This document shows, piece by piece, positions 1-14,559 of a DNA stretch of 64,000 nt (position 1 is the stretch's first letter; every line of letters starts with the position of its first letter). Origin of the DNA: Eledone cirrhosa (Eukaryota); contig OZ024745.1 in assembly GCA_964016885.1 (NCBI GenBank), positions 50,406,001 through 50,470,000 of the forward strand, in the 5' to 3' direction. Below the pieces are notes generated by a model. It was not told the DNA's origin. It was given only the letters and a program-made list of their open reading frames with translations, and searched no databases. The translations under genes and the position numbers were made by a program.

Positions 1-584
1 TGCCAATGTGGTTCTATGGCGGGTTAATAAATTAACAAGCCAGAACATATAAAATCAAGGTCTAGCAAATAGAGAAAAAGGTTTAAAATAAATTTAAAAA
101 AATTCGCAGTACTTACTATATGTGCCTTTACCGCGGTTTCATGCTCCAGAATAAACGGAAAATCCAAGCGGATTTCCATTGAGAAGGGAACAATCTTCAG
201 AAGGCTCTTCTCCCTCGGAGAATATAAAATTCACGAGTTCAAATCACAAACTGACGCCATACAAAACCATTCCGAAATGAGAGCGAATGATGAAAGAAAT
301 AATTCTGTCTGGTGCCGTGTGCAAAGACAAAAAGTAGGGTGGACAGGTCAATGTCCTGTCACTAGAAATAGCAGCAGTCCAAACGGCCAAAATCTTATCT
401 CTACCTTAGAACCACATTGGCATTCGGTTGGATAATACTTGTTTCCCTATATGTATTTTTTACACGTAGGAATTCATACTTTATTATTATTGATCTTCCC
501 CTAAGGTAGAGATAAAATTTTGGCCGTTTGGACTGCTGCTATTAAAATTTATTTTAAAACTTTTTCTCTATTTGCTAGACCTTG

Positions 585-637
<53 letters not shown>

Positions 638-720
638 ATAATAATAATAAAATTGAAGACTAAAATCCAAAGAGGGCTCGATAAGGAAAATATATATCAA
701 ATATATAAGAACCGTAGAGC

Positions 721-851
721 AAATATTTATTAAAATAACAGATTAAAGTTTAAGCAAAGAATCGCTGCTTTCACCCTTAACGGGATCTTCTGAAGATCCC
801 GTTAAGGGTGAAAGCAGCGATTCTTTGCTTAAACTTTAATCTGTTATTTTA

Positions 852-860
<9 letters not shown>
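721..860. repeat. Near-perfect palindrome centred at ~790, from a pLTR-like family also at 44250-44392, 56010-56082 and 56760-56905
   Basis: tatttattaaaataacagattaaagtttaagcaaagaatcgctgctttcacccttaacgggatcttc followed by its reverse complement. Confidence 0.85.
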
Positions 861-893
<33 letters not shown>

Positions 894-1165
894 AAATAGA
901 AAAAAGGAAAAAATTCAGAAGAAAATGCTGGAGGGGTTCTTTCAGTATAATATCGAAAACTTTTATTTATAAAGTGGGTATTTCCGCATTTAATAGTGGT
1001 ACCGGTTTCAGCATTTTATGCTTATTCCATGGTGGATGTGCAAAGTGCAGTTAAGCTGCATATTTATACGCAAAATAATAATAAAATGGGAAAGAAAAAT
1101 TATTAGTTTTTACATACATATTTAGAGAGGAGAGTTCATATCTCGGTCCAAGGTTGTCCTTCGTT

Positions 1166-1224
<59 letters not shown>

Positions 1225-1839
1225 TATATATATGTATAGTGACATTAAGAATTGCAGATTTTTGTGAAACTTTGGGAACAATGATTTCACTGTGGTTGAT
1301 GTTATTTAATAAATCAAATCTTTACAATAAGTCGTTATTGATATTAGTTCTGGTAAGTACTTATTAACTTTTTAATCACCAATATCTCTTAGATCATTTC
1401 TATCTGACCCTCTCAACAAAACCCTAATATCATTCTCACTCCATCTTCACTTCCTAATCATAAGAAAAATGACAAAAAATGTCATTTAAAAATTTTATTT
1501 CTATTTTTTTTTTATTTCTCCCTTTCATCTGTACATACTGTCTTACACCGCTCTACTCCTAGACCCCCCCCCCATCTTCTCCCTCTCTCTTTATATAAAT
1601 ATATATGTATGTATACATCTTCAACGTAACACAACAGACCAGTTTGAAAATACCTCTGAATGCAAGAAAGTTTTTAAAAGTTAACAAGTACTTACCAGAA
1701 CTAATATCAATAACGACTTATTGTAAAGATTTGATTTATTAAAGAACATCAACCACCAGTGAAGTCATTCTTCCTCTTTTTTCAAATTTATCTTACTGTC
1801 CTCAGGAATTACCTTCATTTTCTTATACACACACACACA

Positions 1840-2412
<573 letters not shown>

Positions 2413-2422
2413 TATATATATA

Positions 2423-2494
<72 letters not shown>

Positions 2495-2739
2495 TATATA
2501 TATATATGTATGTATATAATACAGGCATGACATTTAGAATGCTATATAAATCTTTAATACCTGGTGGTTGCTTCTAATGAAGGCTTGGATTTTCCAGCAG
2601 GCCAGCTAGTATATAACAACAAAAAGAAATCAAACTGAGAAGCAAAGCAGATATTTATAGATCTAAGACTCGTACATAAAATAACAATACAATGTTTAAC
2701 AAATATATTTCTTGGATTATTATTACTATTATTATTAAT

Positions 2740-2792
<53 letters not shown>

Positions 2793-2913
2793 TACTCAAT
2801 GACTGGTTGTATTGGATCGACCAATTCGTCTTCGTCTTCCACAACTTCATTTTCGCTCTTCGTTTCACTATTCTGTTGAAGAAAAAGGAAAAAAAGGGAA
2901 TATGAATATATAT

Positions 2914-2950
<37 letters not shown>

Positions 2951-3297
2951 GGTTTAGCGTCCGTGTTCCACGCTTGCATGGGTTTGGACGGGGGTTTTCC
3001 CACTTGAGGCAAGAGTGGTTGTCTTGCTCGCATAGGACTGTCTGGCGGGTTTTCTACAGCTGGATGCCCTTCCGAAGACCAACCACATTTACAGTGTGGG
3101 GCTGGGAGGTTTTTACCGTGTTGCCTACACGGCCACATTTACAGCGTGGACTGTGTGTTTTTTGTCGTGACACCTACACGATCTCATTTGTTTCGGCCTG
3201 GATGTTGTGGGACCAACATAACTTTACATTGAAGGGGCGGTGTGGATGGGGTGGAGGTGGTGGGACGGGGGTGTGTTTTGATAGAGATGCCTACTAA

Positions 3298-3370
<73 letters not shown>

Positions 3371-3397
3371 GAAAGTGAACAACACAATATATAATTA

Positions 3398-3465
3398 CTC
3401 CATTGCCAAAGGTTTCAGGACCCTAGACAGTATTAACATATGACTAGTTTGTTCATCAGATAGAG
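3398..3465 (-). ncRNA. Hammerhead-like motif, cleavage site degenerate
   Basis: Minus strand: ctctat-CTGATGA...GAAA-cctttgg-CA-atggag. It lacks the U of the UH site. Confidence 0.4.
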
Positions 3466-3473
3466 GAGTTATC

Positions 3474-3524
<51 letters not shown>

Positions 3525-3548
3525 AGAACAAATATTTAATGCGTATCA

Positions 3549-3633
3549 ACCTGTTACGCACATTTCACAGAGGATTGGCTCAAGGCAACCCATATGGACC
3601 CGAATCCTGTATCGATCTGCTCGTCAGACTGGT
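3549..3633 (-). ncRNA. Hammerhead ribozyme motif (type I, long stem II)
   Basis: Minus strand: accagt-CTGACGA-gcaga...tctgt-GAAA-tgtgcg-TA-acaggt. Confidence 0.65.
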
Positions 3634-3978
3634 GACGCGACAAGATATATTTTTCATATGTAAACGACACTTCCTCGTTTTTTCTATTATATACACTCTG
3701 CCTGTGCATAGAGTGTTTGATTTGGTACCGACACTAGTATTTCACCGTAATACCTACACTATATATATATATAAAATTAGTTCCATAACATATTAACAAA
3801 ACAACTTTGAGGACACGTGTTTCACTCAACGGATTTCAACTCCAGTTGAAAATATGTTGGGTGAAACACGTGTCCTTGAAGAAGTTTTGCTAATATGTTG
3901 TGTAAGCTAGTTAAAAAACAACTGAGCTTAATCCAATCATTAAATTTTCAATCACGGTAGTTTTACAATACTACAGCG

Positions 3979-4049
<71 letters not shown>

Positions 4050-4050
<1 letters not shown>

Positions 4051-4420
4051 GTTTTGCAAGATTTCTTATATGAAATCGTGTGAAATAGATATTGTCATAC
4101 TTTGGGAGGGTCATGCCAAAATGGAACATGGGCGTACACTAGAGAACATAGAGATAAAAATGATATCCACAAAAAGAAAACACGCAATGATCCGACAAAT
4201 TACAGAAGCGAAAAACATAAACGAACTCCAACCAAAATTAAACAGAAAACATGAGTGGAATAGCAACAACATCACAGCTAGTCATGAGGGACAAGATAAA
4301 GACATACAGACACACAAGAACCAAACTAATTAGGGAGAATATAAAGACAAACAGGGGTACATAAGAACAAAACTGATAAAACAAACGAGACACACTCAGA
4401 TAGAACACGCAACTAACTTT
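4050..4420 (+). mobile_element. 5'-truncated Penelope-like copy related to 29082-32783
   Basis: Same start after (TA)n (gttttgc..tatatgaaatcgtgtga..gggagggtcat). ENIEIKMIS...RQITEA...PKLNRKHEWN matches the GIY-YIG C-terminus DNIEIRIIS...RQIREA...PRLNRKNEWN. Confidence 0.8.
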
Positions 4421-4462
4421 TGAGTCCTCTTTTTTACGTTTGTCAGTATTACAGTATTACAC

Positions 4463-4502
<40 letters not shown>

Positions 4503-4510
4503 TATAGTAG

Positions 4511-4596
<86 letters not shown>

Positions 4597-4936
4597 TGTG
4601 GTTATTAGAAGCCAAAGCTACACAGAACTTCGAAATACGGTTTGTAAAAAAGAAAACATTAGATATTACAGTTGGCCGCCAAAATCGATGGGCTGGCCAC
4701 ACCTGGAGCATCTCTGATCATTGGTTAGGTCTAAAGGATCAGGTCTGACCAGGGTATTAAACAACATCAACAATACCGATAACTGTACCCATTTATATTC
4801 TTGCATCTACTCAGCCCCCTCTTACTGGAACACCCTTCACACACACACGTTCATATATATATAGGAGAAAGTATGACCCCGACGGCAGAGCTCAAGCCGT
4901 TTCGACGGCTATTTCTATGTATATATATATATATAA

Positions 4937-4986
<50 letters not shown>

Positions 4987-5189
4987 ATATATATATACAT
5001 AACGAAGGAAATGTGGTAAGGAACCAGATGGACCATAACGCACCAAAGTACTCAATACTTAGGGTAGTAGAGTGGGTGATAGGAACGAGTAGGACCCCGA
5101 CGGCTGAGCTCAAGCCGTTTCGACGGCTAATTCTGGACTAAATGAAAATTATATATATATATATAAAATTAATATATATATATATATAA

Positions 5190-5304
<115 letters not shown>

Positions 5305-5546
5305 AAAAAATGGGGAGAAGAATACTGCAGGTTGCACATGGATAACATGTAATAAAATAAGTCCCTCATCAGTGATTTGCTGACGATCATAGATATTTCG
5401 TATATCTCATATAAAATAATACACCCAATTTTCCACACAATAAAGTTAGTTATCACCCCGAACGTAGGAATATACTCACTTATTTCCTAATGTTTGTTGA
5501 GTGAGTTGGGATTTGGCCGGAGTATCGCTAAAAGCTTCCTCCGATA

Positions 5547-5590
<44 letters not shown>

Positions 5591-5664
5591 AAATATATAT
5601 ACATGCAGTCATATATAATATACATTTACATACAGTCAGACACACGCTTATGTATATATATATA

Positions 5665-5902
5665 TATGTGTGTGAGTGTGTGTGTGTTTTGTTTGTTCAT
5701 TTATCAACTATTATGCATACATACACACACACACACATATTTATATACAGATATGTGTGTGTGTGTGTGTGTGTGTTTTGTTTGTTCATTTATCAACTAT
5801 ATATATATATATATATATATGCATACACACACACACACACACACATATTTATATACAGATATGTGTGTGTGTGTGTGTGTGTTTTGTTTGTTCATTTATC
5901 AA

Positions 5903-5937
<35 letters not shown>

Positions 5938-5985
5938 TACACACACACACACATATTTATATACAGATATGTGTGTGTGTGTGTA
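5665..5985. repeat. Triple tandem duplication of a microsatellite-mosaic unit
   Basis: Three copies of (gt)n-tttgtttgttcatttatcaact-(ta)n-gcatac(ac)n-atatttatatacagatat. Confidence 0.9.
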
Positions 5986-6535
5986 TGTTAGTGGCAGACC
6001 CCCCACCCCCTCTTTTTTTTTTTACCTCACCAAAATGAAGGGACAGGCCCATGAGAACATCACAGCTGATGTTACTCTAAACAGCGCCTTATTGGGACCT
6101 CTGAGGCACTGATAACAACAACAACAAGAGCAACAGCAGCAACAATAACAACAAAGAAAGATATTTAGATGCTAAGGTTGTTGTTATTGTTGTTGTTCTT
6201 ATTAACACGTGGATTTTTTGGCACTGCCAACAACAACAACAACAACAGCAGTAACAACAATAACAATAGCAACAATGAACGATAATTTAGATGCTACGGT
6301 TCATTATTGTTGTTAACACGTGGATTTTCGGCACTGCCGCCGCCGCCAACAACAACAACAACACCAGCAACAGCAACAACAACAACAGCAACAGCAACAA
6401 CAACAACAACAACAACAACAGCAGCAACAGCAACAACATTGACTGACAATAACTGATGTTTGATTTTACTGTTGTTCTTGTTCGTTGCACCTTCTTAACG
6501 TGTAGGTTTTCTACGTAGCTAAATACTGGTCTTGG

Positions 6536-7020
6536 TTGACACCACCACCACCACCACCACCACCACCACCACCACCACCACTTTCGCCACCTCCGAATCT
6601 GCTGCCACCACCACCACCACTACCAATGTCATCACGACTACCTCCACCACCACCAATTTTGCCACCACCACCATCACCACCACCACCACCACTACCAATG
6701 TCATCACGACTGCCGCCACTACCTCCACCACCACGACCACCAATTTTGCCGCCACCACCACCACCACCACCGCTACTACCAACACTATTTTCGCCAATGC
6801 CGAAACTGCCGCTTCCACCACTGCCACCACCACCACCACCACCACCACCACCACCGACACCAATTTCGCCACCGCTACCACCACCGACGAAACGGCCACC
6901 CACCTCCACCAGCACCACTACCATCAGCACTACCACTTTCGCCACTGTCGAAACTGCCGCCATCACTATCATCATCACCACCTCCGTCGTCGCCGCCACC
7001 GCCACCACTACCACCATCAC
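6536..7020. repeat. (CCA)n-rich low-complexity tract with internal duplications
   Basis: Repeated ccaccaccactaccaatgtcatcacgact and ccaattttgcc units. Confidence 0.9.
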
Positions 7021-7084
7021 AATGTACACACACACGTGCACACACGAATGACAGAATAGCGGACAACAAACTTGTGCACACTCA

Positions 7085-7151
<67 letters not shown>

Positions 7152-7310
7152 ATACATACACACACACACACACACACAGTAGATCTAGAGGAAAGGGCAG
7201 TATCACTTCATTTACAGGACACACAGATATACAAAATTACATTGTAAAAATATTCGCAATCTATCCACAAACACGCTGTCGCAGTACTTTAGTTATATTA
7301 TTTTACACAA

Positions 7311-7500
7311 GGGCGGTGGATTGGCAGTATCGGTAGAGGGTCGGACACCATGCTTTCCAACATAGTTAAGTCCCTTTACGATCTGAGTTCAAATCCTGCC
7401 GAGGTTGACTTTGCCTTTCATCCTTACGGGGTCGATAAAATAAAGTACCAGTAATACACTGGGTAATTGTTGGCCTTGTGCCAAAAGTAGAAACAATTAT
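7311..7500 (+). mobile_element. tRNA-derived SINE with Meta-like central domain (other copies at ~14195-14350 +, 39465-39665 -, 40190-40345 -, 45945-46045 -, 49105-49285 -, 60113-60230 +)
   Basis: A box tggcagtatcgg, B box gagttcaaatcc, then gactttgcctttcatcctt..ggggtcgataaaataaagtaccag, recurring across the window. Confidence 0.7.
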
Positions 7501-7553
7501 TTTACACATGCTGCCAACGACGTGCAAATTTGTAAAAATCATCTCCCCGTGGC

Positions 7554-7946
7554 CATAGTATCGAAGCTGTGATCTGTCAATTCGGAGAAATAGCAGCAGC
7601 TCTATCTGGTGTGACTGATAGCTCGGAGATCAGAGAGTCACTCCAGGTAGAGCCGCTACTTCACCGAAATGAGAGATCACAGCTCCGATACTATGGGCAT
7701 GTGGTTAGAATGTCTCAGGAAAGAATCGCTGGGCAGATTTTACGGGCAAAACGAAACGACGGGAGACCCAGGGGTAGACCCCGAACAAGATGGTTGGATA
7801 ACATCGATGAGTTTGGCTGGTCTCGCTTGGGGATCCAGCCGGATCTGTTGCTTCTGAAAGGACCCGCTGGAATGAGTGTTTGAGGACTCTTCCCCCACGA
7901 CCCTCTCAGAAATAAGTGGGCGAAGAAGAAGAAGAAGAAGAAGAAG
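7554..7946 (+). mobile_element. 5'-truncated RTE-clade LINE with (GAA)n tail and imperfect target-site duplication
   Basis: Encodes QLRYYGHVVRM...GRPRGRPRTRWLDNI. The tail is (gaa)n at 7922-7946. Flanking atctccccgtggc (7541-7553) and atctccccaatggc (7947-7960). Confidence 0.8.
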
Positions 7947-8542
7947 ATCTCCCCAATGGCAGGTGTTTATAAGTAGCTCTGGAGTAATGGACCTCCGTCG
8001 ATTTCGACAATGAGTGTTCTAGTTGTTGGATCAACGAAACAGCCTGCTCAGCTGAGCATTCCACAGACACGTGCAAAACTAAACGTAGTCCGATGGACAT
8101 CACCGCCATTCAGTGTGGCAGTTTATGACAGGGCTGGACATTCGAATTACAAGTAGAGTCCATCCGACAGGCTTCTAAGCAGTTTCTGTCTACATAATTT
8201 CTATCACAAGGCATGAATTAACCTGAGCCCAAGATGCGGCACAGTAAGATCAAACCCGGGACCTTATGATTGCGAAGCAAACTTGTTAAACATTAGGATA
8301 TGCAACGTCCACAAACACGAGTAGACGCATTTGATAAAGTAGCATGACTCATTTCGAAACTAGTCGTGTTGATCGTGTTGATCTCGGGTTCGCCTTGCAG
8401 AAAGAGAGAGCGAGGGGTGTATGTATGAGTGTGTGTGCATGTGTGTGTACGAATGTGTGTGCGTGTGTACGAATGTATGTATGCGTGTGCGTGTGCGCGT
8501 TTGTGTACGAATGTGTGTGTGTGTGTGAGCGTTTGTGTACAA

Positions 8543-8587
<45 letters not shown>

Positions 8588-9214
8588 TTTGTGTACGAAT
8601 GTGTGTGTGTGTGTGTGTGTGTCCGCGTTTGTGTACGAATGTGTGTGTGAGCGTTTGTGTACAAATGTGTGTGTGTGTACGAATGTGTGTGTGTGTGTGT
8701 GTGAGAGCGTTTGTGTACAAATGTGTGTGTGTGTCTGTGTGTGTGTGAAAGATCTGTGGTTGTACAGTGAATACATTACATGTTTATTAAATGTACCGTG
8801 TGTGAACTTCTTTCACGGTTTATTAAATTTACAGTGTTGGGACACACAGAGCTGGGAGGAGGCATATGTAAAAATTACAGTGGCTACGGCAGAGACAGAG
8901 GGGCGAGCAGTGAAAGAGGGAGAGGGAGAAATAGACGGAAAAAACATGTACACACAGAGCGGAAGAGGAAGAGAATGAGGTGTATGTATAGCACCCACAC
9001 ACAGGCAGAGAGAGGGGAGGACACAGAGAGAGAGAGAGAGAAAAGAGACAACGAGCGAGTAAGAGGAGAGATTGACAGAGAGAGAGAGAGACATTGAATC
9101 AGAGAGAACGAGAGAGATGAGGGAAGGGGGACAGCAGAAAAGATGAGAAAAAAAAACCAGAGAATCAGAAAGAGGGGAAGAGAAAGAGAGAGGAATATAA
9201 AATCAAAAGAGTGG

Positions 9215-9246
<32 letters not shown>

Positions 9247-9393
9247 AAGCGGATTAGCGAGAGATCAAAATGAGGAGGAGGGACTAGAGAAAGTAGACAA
9301 GAGATAAAGAGCCGATAAATAGGAGAGAAACTAACTGGGTGTAAACTGTCATTTTTAGCTGCTAGTTGATGTGTATGTGTGTATGTGTGTCTA

Positions 9394-9436
<43 letters not shown>

Positions 9437-10283
9437 AAGATAAAAGGGGAGTCTATTTTGGAAGGTTTGGTCTGGGATAGTGACTGGCTGACGTGCATGT
9501 GGCACCCCGACTGCTGGCTCGTGTGCCACACGCACCAGCCCTTACTCACATAAAACACACGCATAAATATATAAATAGATATAATGATGTCGGCGAGGTT
9601 CTCCACTTAACAAATGCTTACTTCTCAAGGTTCTTTTAACAAATGCAACACAAAACGACGACACAACACAAGAGCGACCAAATAAATAACTCCTCATTCT
9701 AGCTCTCTGTCGTTGTTGTTGTTGCTGTTGCTGTTGTTGTTGTTTGTGTTGTTGTTGTTGTTGTTGTTGTTGTTGCTGTTGGAGCTTCGTCGGTTCCGAC
9801 GACGAATGTCCCGGATGTTTGACCAACGGAACAACAGCCTGCTTGCGAAATTAATGTGCAGGCGACTGAGCATTCATCAAACACGTACACCCATAAAGTA
9901 GTTCTCAGGGAGATTCAACGTGACACACTGAGTACTAAGGCTGGTCCTTTGAATTACAGGTAGAACTCATTTATTTCCAGCTGAATGGACTGGAGCAACA
10001 AAAAAATAAAGTGTCTTGCTCAAGGACAAAGTGAAGTGCTAGGATTCGAACTCACCCGACGACTAAGCCATGTACCATCACTCTCGCTTTCTACAACTTT
10101 CTATAGTTCCCTCTAGTTCTGTAGCTCTTTATAGTTCTCTATGGTTCTTAGTCATGTTCCCGTGCTAGTATCAAATACCAGTTTACCATTCTCTCTTCCA
10201 TCTCTCATTCATATATGTATATATCATATATGTATGTATATATATATATTTTTTTTAAATGTTAATGTATGTATGTGTGTGTG

Positions 10284-10320
<37 letters not shown>

Positions 10321-10451
10321 CGGAGGAAATGTGGTAAGGAACCAGGTGGACCATAACGCACCAAAGTACTCAATACTTAGGGTAGTAAAAATTTTAGTCC
10401 AGAATTAGCCGTCGAAACGGCTTGAGCTCAGCCGTCGAGGTCCTACTCGTT

Positions 10452-10495
<44 letters not shown>

Positions 10496-10648
10496 TAAAG
10501 TGGTGCTTCATCAGTGATCTTCCAACCTTCATCGGTATTTCTTCGCTTTAAAGACCATATACCTCCGGTTGGTGCGAGCAACGGCTAAAGAAAGTCGTTG
10601 GGACACGTAAATAAAGGGAACAGCGAGAGTGTATATATATATATATAT

Positions 10649-10920
10649 CAAGAATCAAGAATCCCAAAAGTCAGCTCAAAAGTGACACAGAGGAGACTGA
10701 GGTTAGCTGGACATGCTCACCGACATCCAGAGTTGACATTGCACTCAGTGCTCCTGTGGGAGCCCCTACATGGACACACTGGAAGAGGAAGACCAAGGTA
10801 TGTTGATGCCCTAAGGACAGACACTGGTCTGTTGGAGACGCAGGACATGGCAGCGATAATGAGGGACAGAGACAGCTGGAGAGAAGTCGTCCATGGATCT
10901 CGGGAATTTTACCCGCCCTA
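10649..10920 (+). mobile_element. RTE-like LINE 3' fragment in (TA)n
   Basis: Encodes RRLRLAGHAHRHPEL...LLWEP.HG...RGRP, a C-terminus typical of RTE/RTEX ORF2. The ORF end runs directly into (TA)n. Confidence 0.8.
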
Positions 10921-10978
<58 letters not shown>

Positions 10979-11367
10979 CTCAATATATATTTCTCAATCA
11001 GCCGACACAAACCTACATTTGGCGCAAAATCAATTTTTAACATTCACATGACCTTTACCGACCAATCAAAATTGTTTTGACCACAAGAATTTTTGCAACA
11101 CGAATTGGCGCGGAACTTATTTTAATACATCTGGAGCCACTTTTTTTTTCACATAAAACAGGTAGAATTTCCAAAACTAATCAGATTAGAGCAAACATCA
11201 CGGGCGCTCTATCTCAAAATTATTTTTGAAAAGCATTAGAAATGCGCAACCGGTAAAACTTAAAACCAAAACTGAATACTAACCAATACTATTACTAATT
11301 TTCACTTATTCCTAATTAAACTATTTTTCACTGTGAACAATTTGTCAGCATTTTCTTTTCCGTTTAC

Positions 11368-11419
<52 letters not shown>

Positions 11420-11715
11420 ACACATACATACATTAACATTTATTTTTAAGTCTACCCATGCCATCAGGTTCATCAAGCCGGTGCTTGTCCACGGTTTCAC
11501 TTTTCATCCGCGTTAAGTGACTGGCAATGCAAGACTTACTACAGAACATCAGTGCATCGCAGGGTTAACCCCAGATGCTGCTGGTGCATATTTTCAGTTG
11601 AGTATACTGGAGCCACGGGAAATGAAGTGGTTTGCTCAAGAACACACCGCGTCAGCTAGTCCAGGAATCGATCCGACGACACCTTAACCACGAAGCTACG
11701 TCCCTATACTAAACT

Positions 11716-11762
<47 letters not shown>

Positions 11763-11763
<1 letters not shown>

Positions 11764-12262
11764 ACGAGGTGTGTCAGAACAGAAACGGGAATGGGGGTAG
11801 TAAAAGAATATTTTAGATCCAAACTACAAGTTTTCCCATTCGAAATAATCCCCCTCGCGTCTAACACACATTCCTATACTTCTCCCGGAATTCTCCGCAG
11901 TTCTGTCGTCATGGCCCTCTTGATGGCTTCCACGCCCGGAAAATGGGTCGTACTTGAAGATCCATGACTCATCACCGGTGATGATTCTCACCAACAAGCC
12001 TGGTTCGGTTTCAAGACGGTCGAAGATGCCCTGGTACACCTGCATGTGCCGCTCCTTCTGGTCATCGTTCAACAGCTTCGCCACCATCTTCTCGCAGATC
12101 CTCCGCATGCCCAAATCTTCGGAGATAATCTTCCAAATGCTGTCAAGGTTCACGCCATGCTCACGATCGCCAAGCACCACCTGTCTCACGCGCACAACGT
12201 TGACCTCAGTCTTGCTTGTTGAAGGCCTTCCGCTCCTGAGGTCATCTTCCACTTTTTGTACG
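11763..12262 (-). mobile_element. Mariner transposase fragment
   Basis: EDDLRSGRPSTS...IISEDLGMRRI...RIITGDESWIFKYDP (HTH, degenerate WVPH-like linker and first catalytic D). TA-cgagg terminus at 11763. Confidence 0.85.
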
Positions 12263-12398
12263 ATATATATATATGAATATATACACTAGTCAATGAGAAC
12301 GGCAATAGTGTTGAACGTAATTAATTTTTGGAGTCAGGATCGGTATGCGTATATAACAAGGTTAAATGTATGTGTGTGTGAATATATATATATATATG

Positions 12399-12447
<49 letters not shown>

Positions 12448-12522
12448 ACGCACATAGGAAGACGGAGTGATAGATCTGGGATTTCGAAACAAGAAATAAT
12501 ATATATATATATATATATATAT

Positions 12523-12826
12523 CTAAGGCGGGTAAAATTCCCGAGATCCATGGACGAGTTCTCTCCAGCGGTCTCTGTCCCTCATTATTGCTGCCATATC
12601 CTGCATCTCCAACAGACCAGTGTCTGTCCTTAGGACATCAACATATGTTAACCTTGGTCTTCCTCTTCTAGTGTGTCCATGTAGGGGCTCCCAAAGGAGC
12701 ACTGAGTGCAATGTCAACTCTGGATGTCGGTGAGCATGTCCAGCCAACCTCAGTCTCCTCTGTGTCACTTTAGAGCTGACTTTTGGGATGCTCCCATACA
12801 GCTCTGAGTTTTTCATCCTCAGTGTA

Positions 12827-12830
<4 letters not shown>
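12523..12830 (-). mobile_element. Second copy of the RTE-like 3' fragment in (TA)n, opposite orientation
   Basis: Near-identical peptide to 10649-10920, flanked by (TA)n on both sides. Confidence 0.8.
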
Positions 12831-12867
<37 letters not shown>

Positions 12868-12870
<3 letters not shown>

Positions 12871-13072
12871 CGAAGGAAATGTGGTAAGGAACCAGGTGGA
12901 CCATAACGCACCAAAGTACTCAATACTTAGGGTACTAGAGTGGGTAATAGGAACAAGTAAGACCCCGACGGCTGAGCTCAAGCCGTTTCGACGGCTAATT
13001 CTGGACTCATTTACGTCCAGAATTAGCCGTCGAAACGGCTTGAGCTCAGCCGTCGGGGTCTTACTTGTTCCT
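12868..13072. mobile_element. Short (TA)n-embedded repeat family with terminal inversion (other copies at ~4862-4915, 5000-5145 and 10318-10455)
   Basis: Shared aacgaaggaaatgtggtaaggaaccag..gaccccgacggctgagctcaagccgtttcgacggctaattctggac, present in both orientations. Confidence 0.7.
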
Positions 13073-13253
13073 ATATATATATATATATAATTGGTGTGGG
13101 ATGTTTAAAGCGTCCGGATGCGGTATGCCGTTTGAGCACTCGATGCTCTTACAGAGCAGAGTATAATATCACATAAGAAACGGAGAATCAGTGGTGCGAC
13201 GAATAAAATTTATTCGTCGCACCACTGATTCTCTGTTTCTTATGTGATATATA

Positions 13254-13324
<71 letters not shown>

Positions 13325-13341
13325 CTGCTCAATGTACAGAG

Positions 13342-13379
<38 letters not shown>

Positions 13380-13923
13380 CTCTGTACATTGAGCAGAATA
13401 ATCGCCCGCGTCCCCGCTTATTAAATTTTATTTTAAGTTGTAGCATTCCTGCAACAATTAATTTTCTTTTGACATTAAAAAAACATTATACATGACAGAA
13501 AAAGTACATTACTAAAATTCCCATACGTTATAAAATAAATAGGAGGATTTGGGGGTCTTAATATGTAAACTAAACGAGTAATCCTGGTTTTTAAATAAAA
13601 ATCACGGAGACAACCTAGAAAAATTATTGACCCCTCCCCCCACTTATTCCACCCTCCCCCTATTATTTGGGACCCGTGAGTACTTAAACGAATATACTGT
13701 TATTCAGTGTGCAGATGAATGCTCCACGTTCGTTATTCTCTCACAAACCAAACAGCGTTATAAGAATCGTTTATTCTTTTACTTGTTTCAGTTGCTGGAC
13801 AGAGTCTTGATTAAGTCAATCGCATAGATTCCGGTACTTATCTTTCAATTCTGATATTTGTGGATCTCTTTTTGTCAAAAGGCTAAGTGACGGGACATAA
13901 ATACATACATACTTAAACACACC

Positions 13924-13958
<35 letters not shown>

Positions 13959-14559
13959 GACGAACTTCTGCAGTCTCCGTCAACCAAACTCCAGTCATAA
14001 ATTATTGGTCAACTTGGGGCTATAATAGGCGCCACGCAGCCTGACTGGACCAAGACCTTTGTGGTTGAGTAGCGAACTCCTTAACACCACAGTCATACCT
14101 CGGATTGGTGTTTAGAAAATAGTGATAATTCTTAGTACTAACAACGAAGCTTACACATTATACACCCAAGGTTTACTCTTGTATATTACTCTTGAGGCGT
14201 CGAATTAGCAGAGTTGTTAGTACGTCGGATAGAATGCCTTGCGGTATTCGTTCCGGCTTTCTACGAGTTCAAATCCCGCCGAAGTCAACTTTGCCTTTCA
14301 TCCTTACGAAGTCGATAGTAAGAAGTACCAGTCAAATACTGAGGTCGATTCTAGCTCTATATCTCTTTCTCATTTCCAATCCCTCACTTTCTATTTCTCT
14401 GGAAGAAATCTGCTGTATTCTGACCTAAAGAGGGATGGGCTCCGCCAGGTTTTAAATGCCTGCGACTCCATCAGGAGTGACGGGACGATACGATACGATA
14501 CCGTACCATATTACTGCTATGTATTTTATCGAACTAAGTTTTCGACGATGAGTATTCAG

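Noticed and set aside
6511-7224. Pro-rich/Gly-rich/Thr-rich ORFs resembling formin, extensin or mucin
   Set aside because: All frames are open simply because of the (CCA)n composition, and there is no flanking domain or exon structure.
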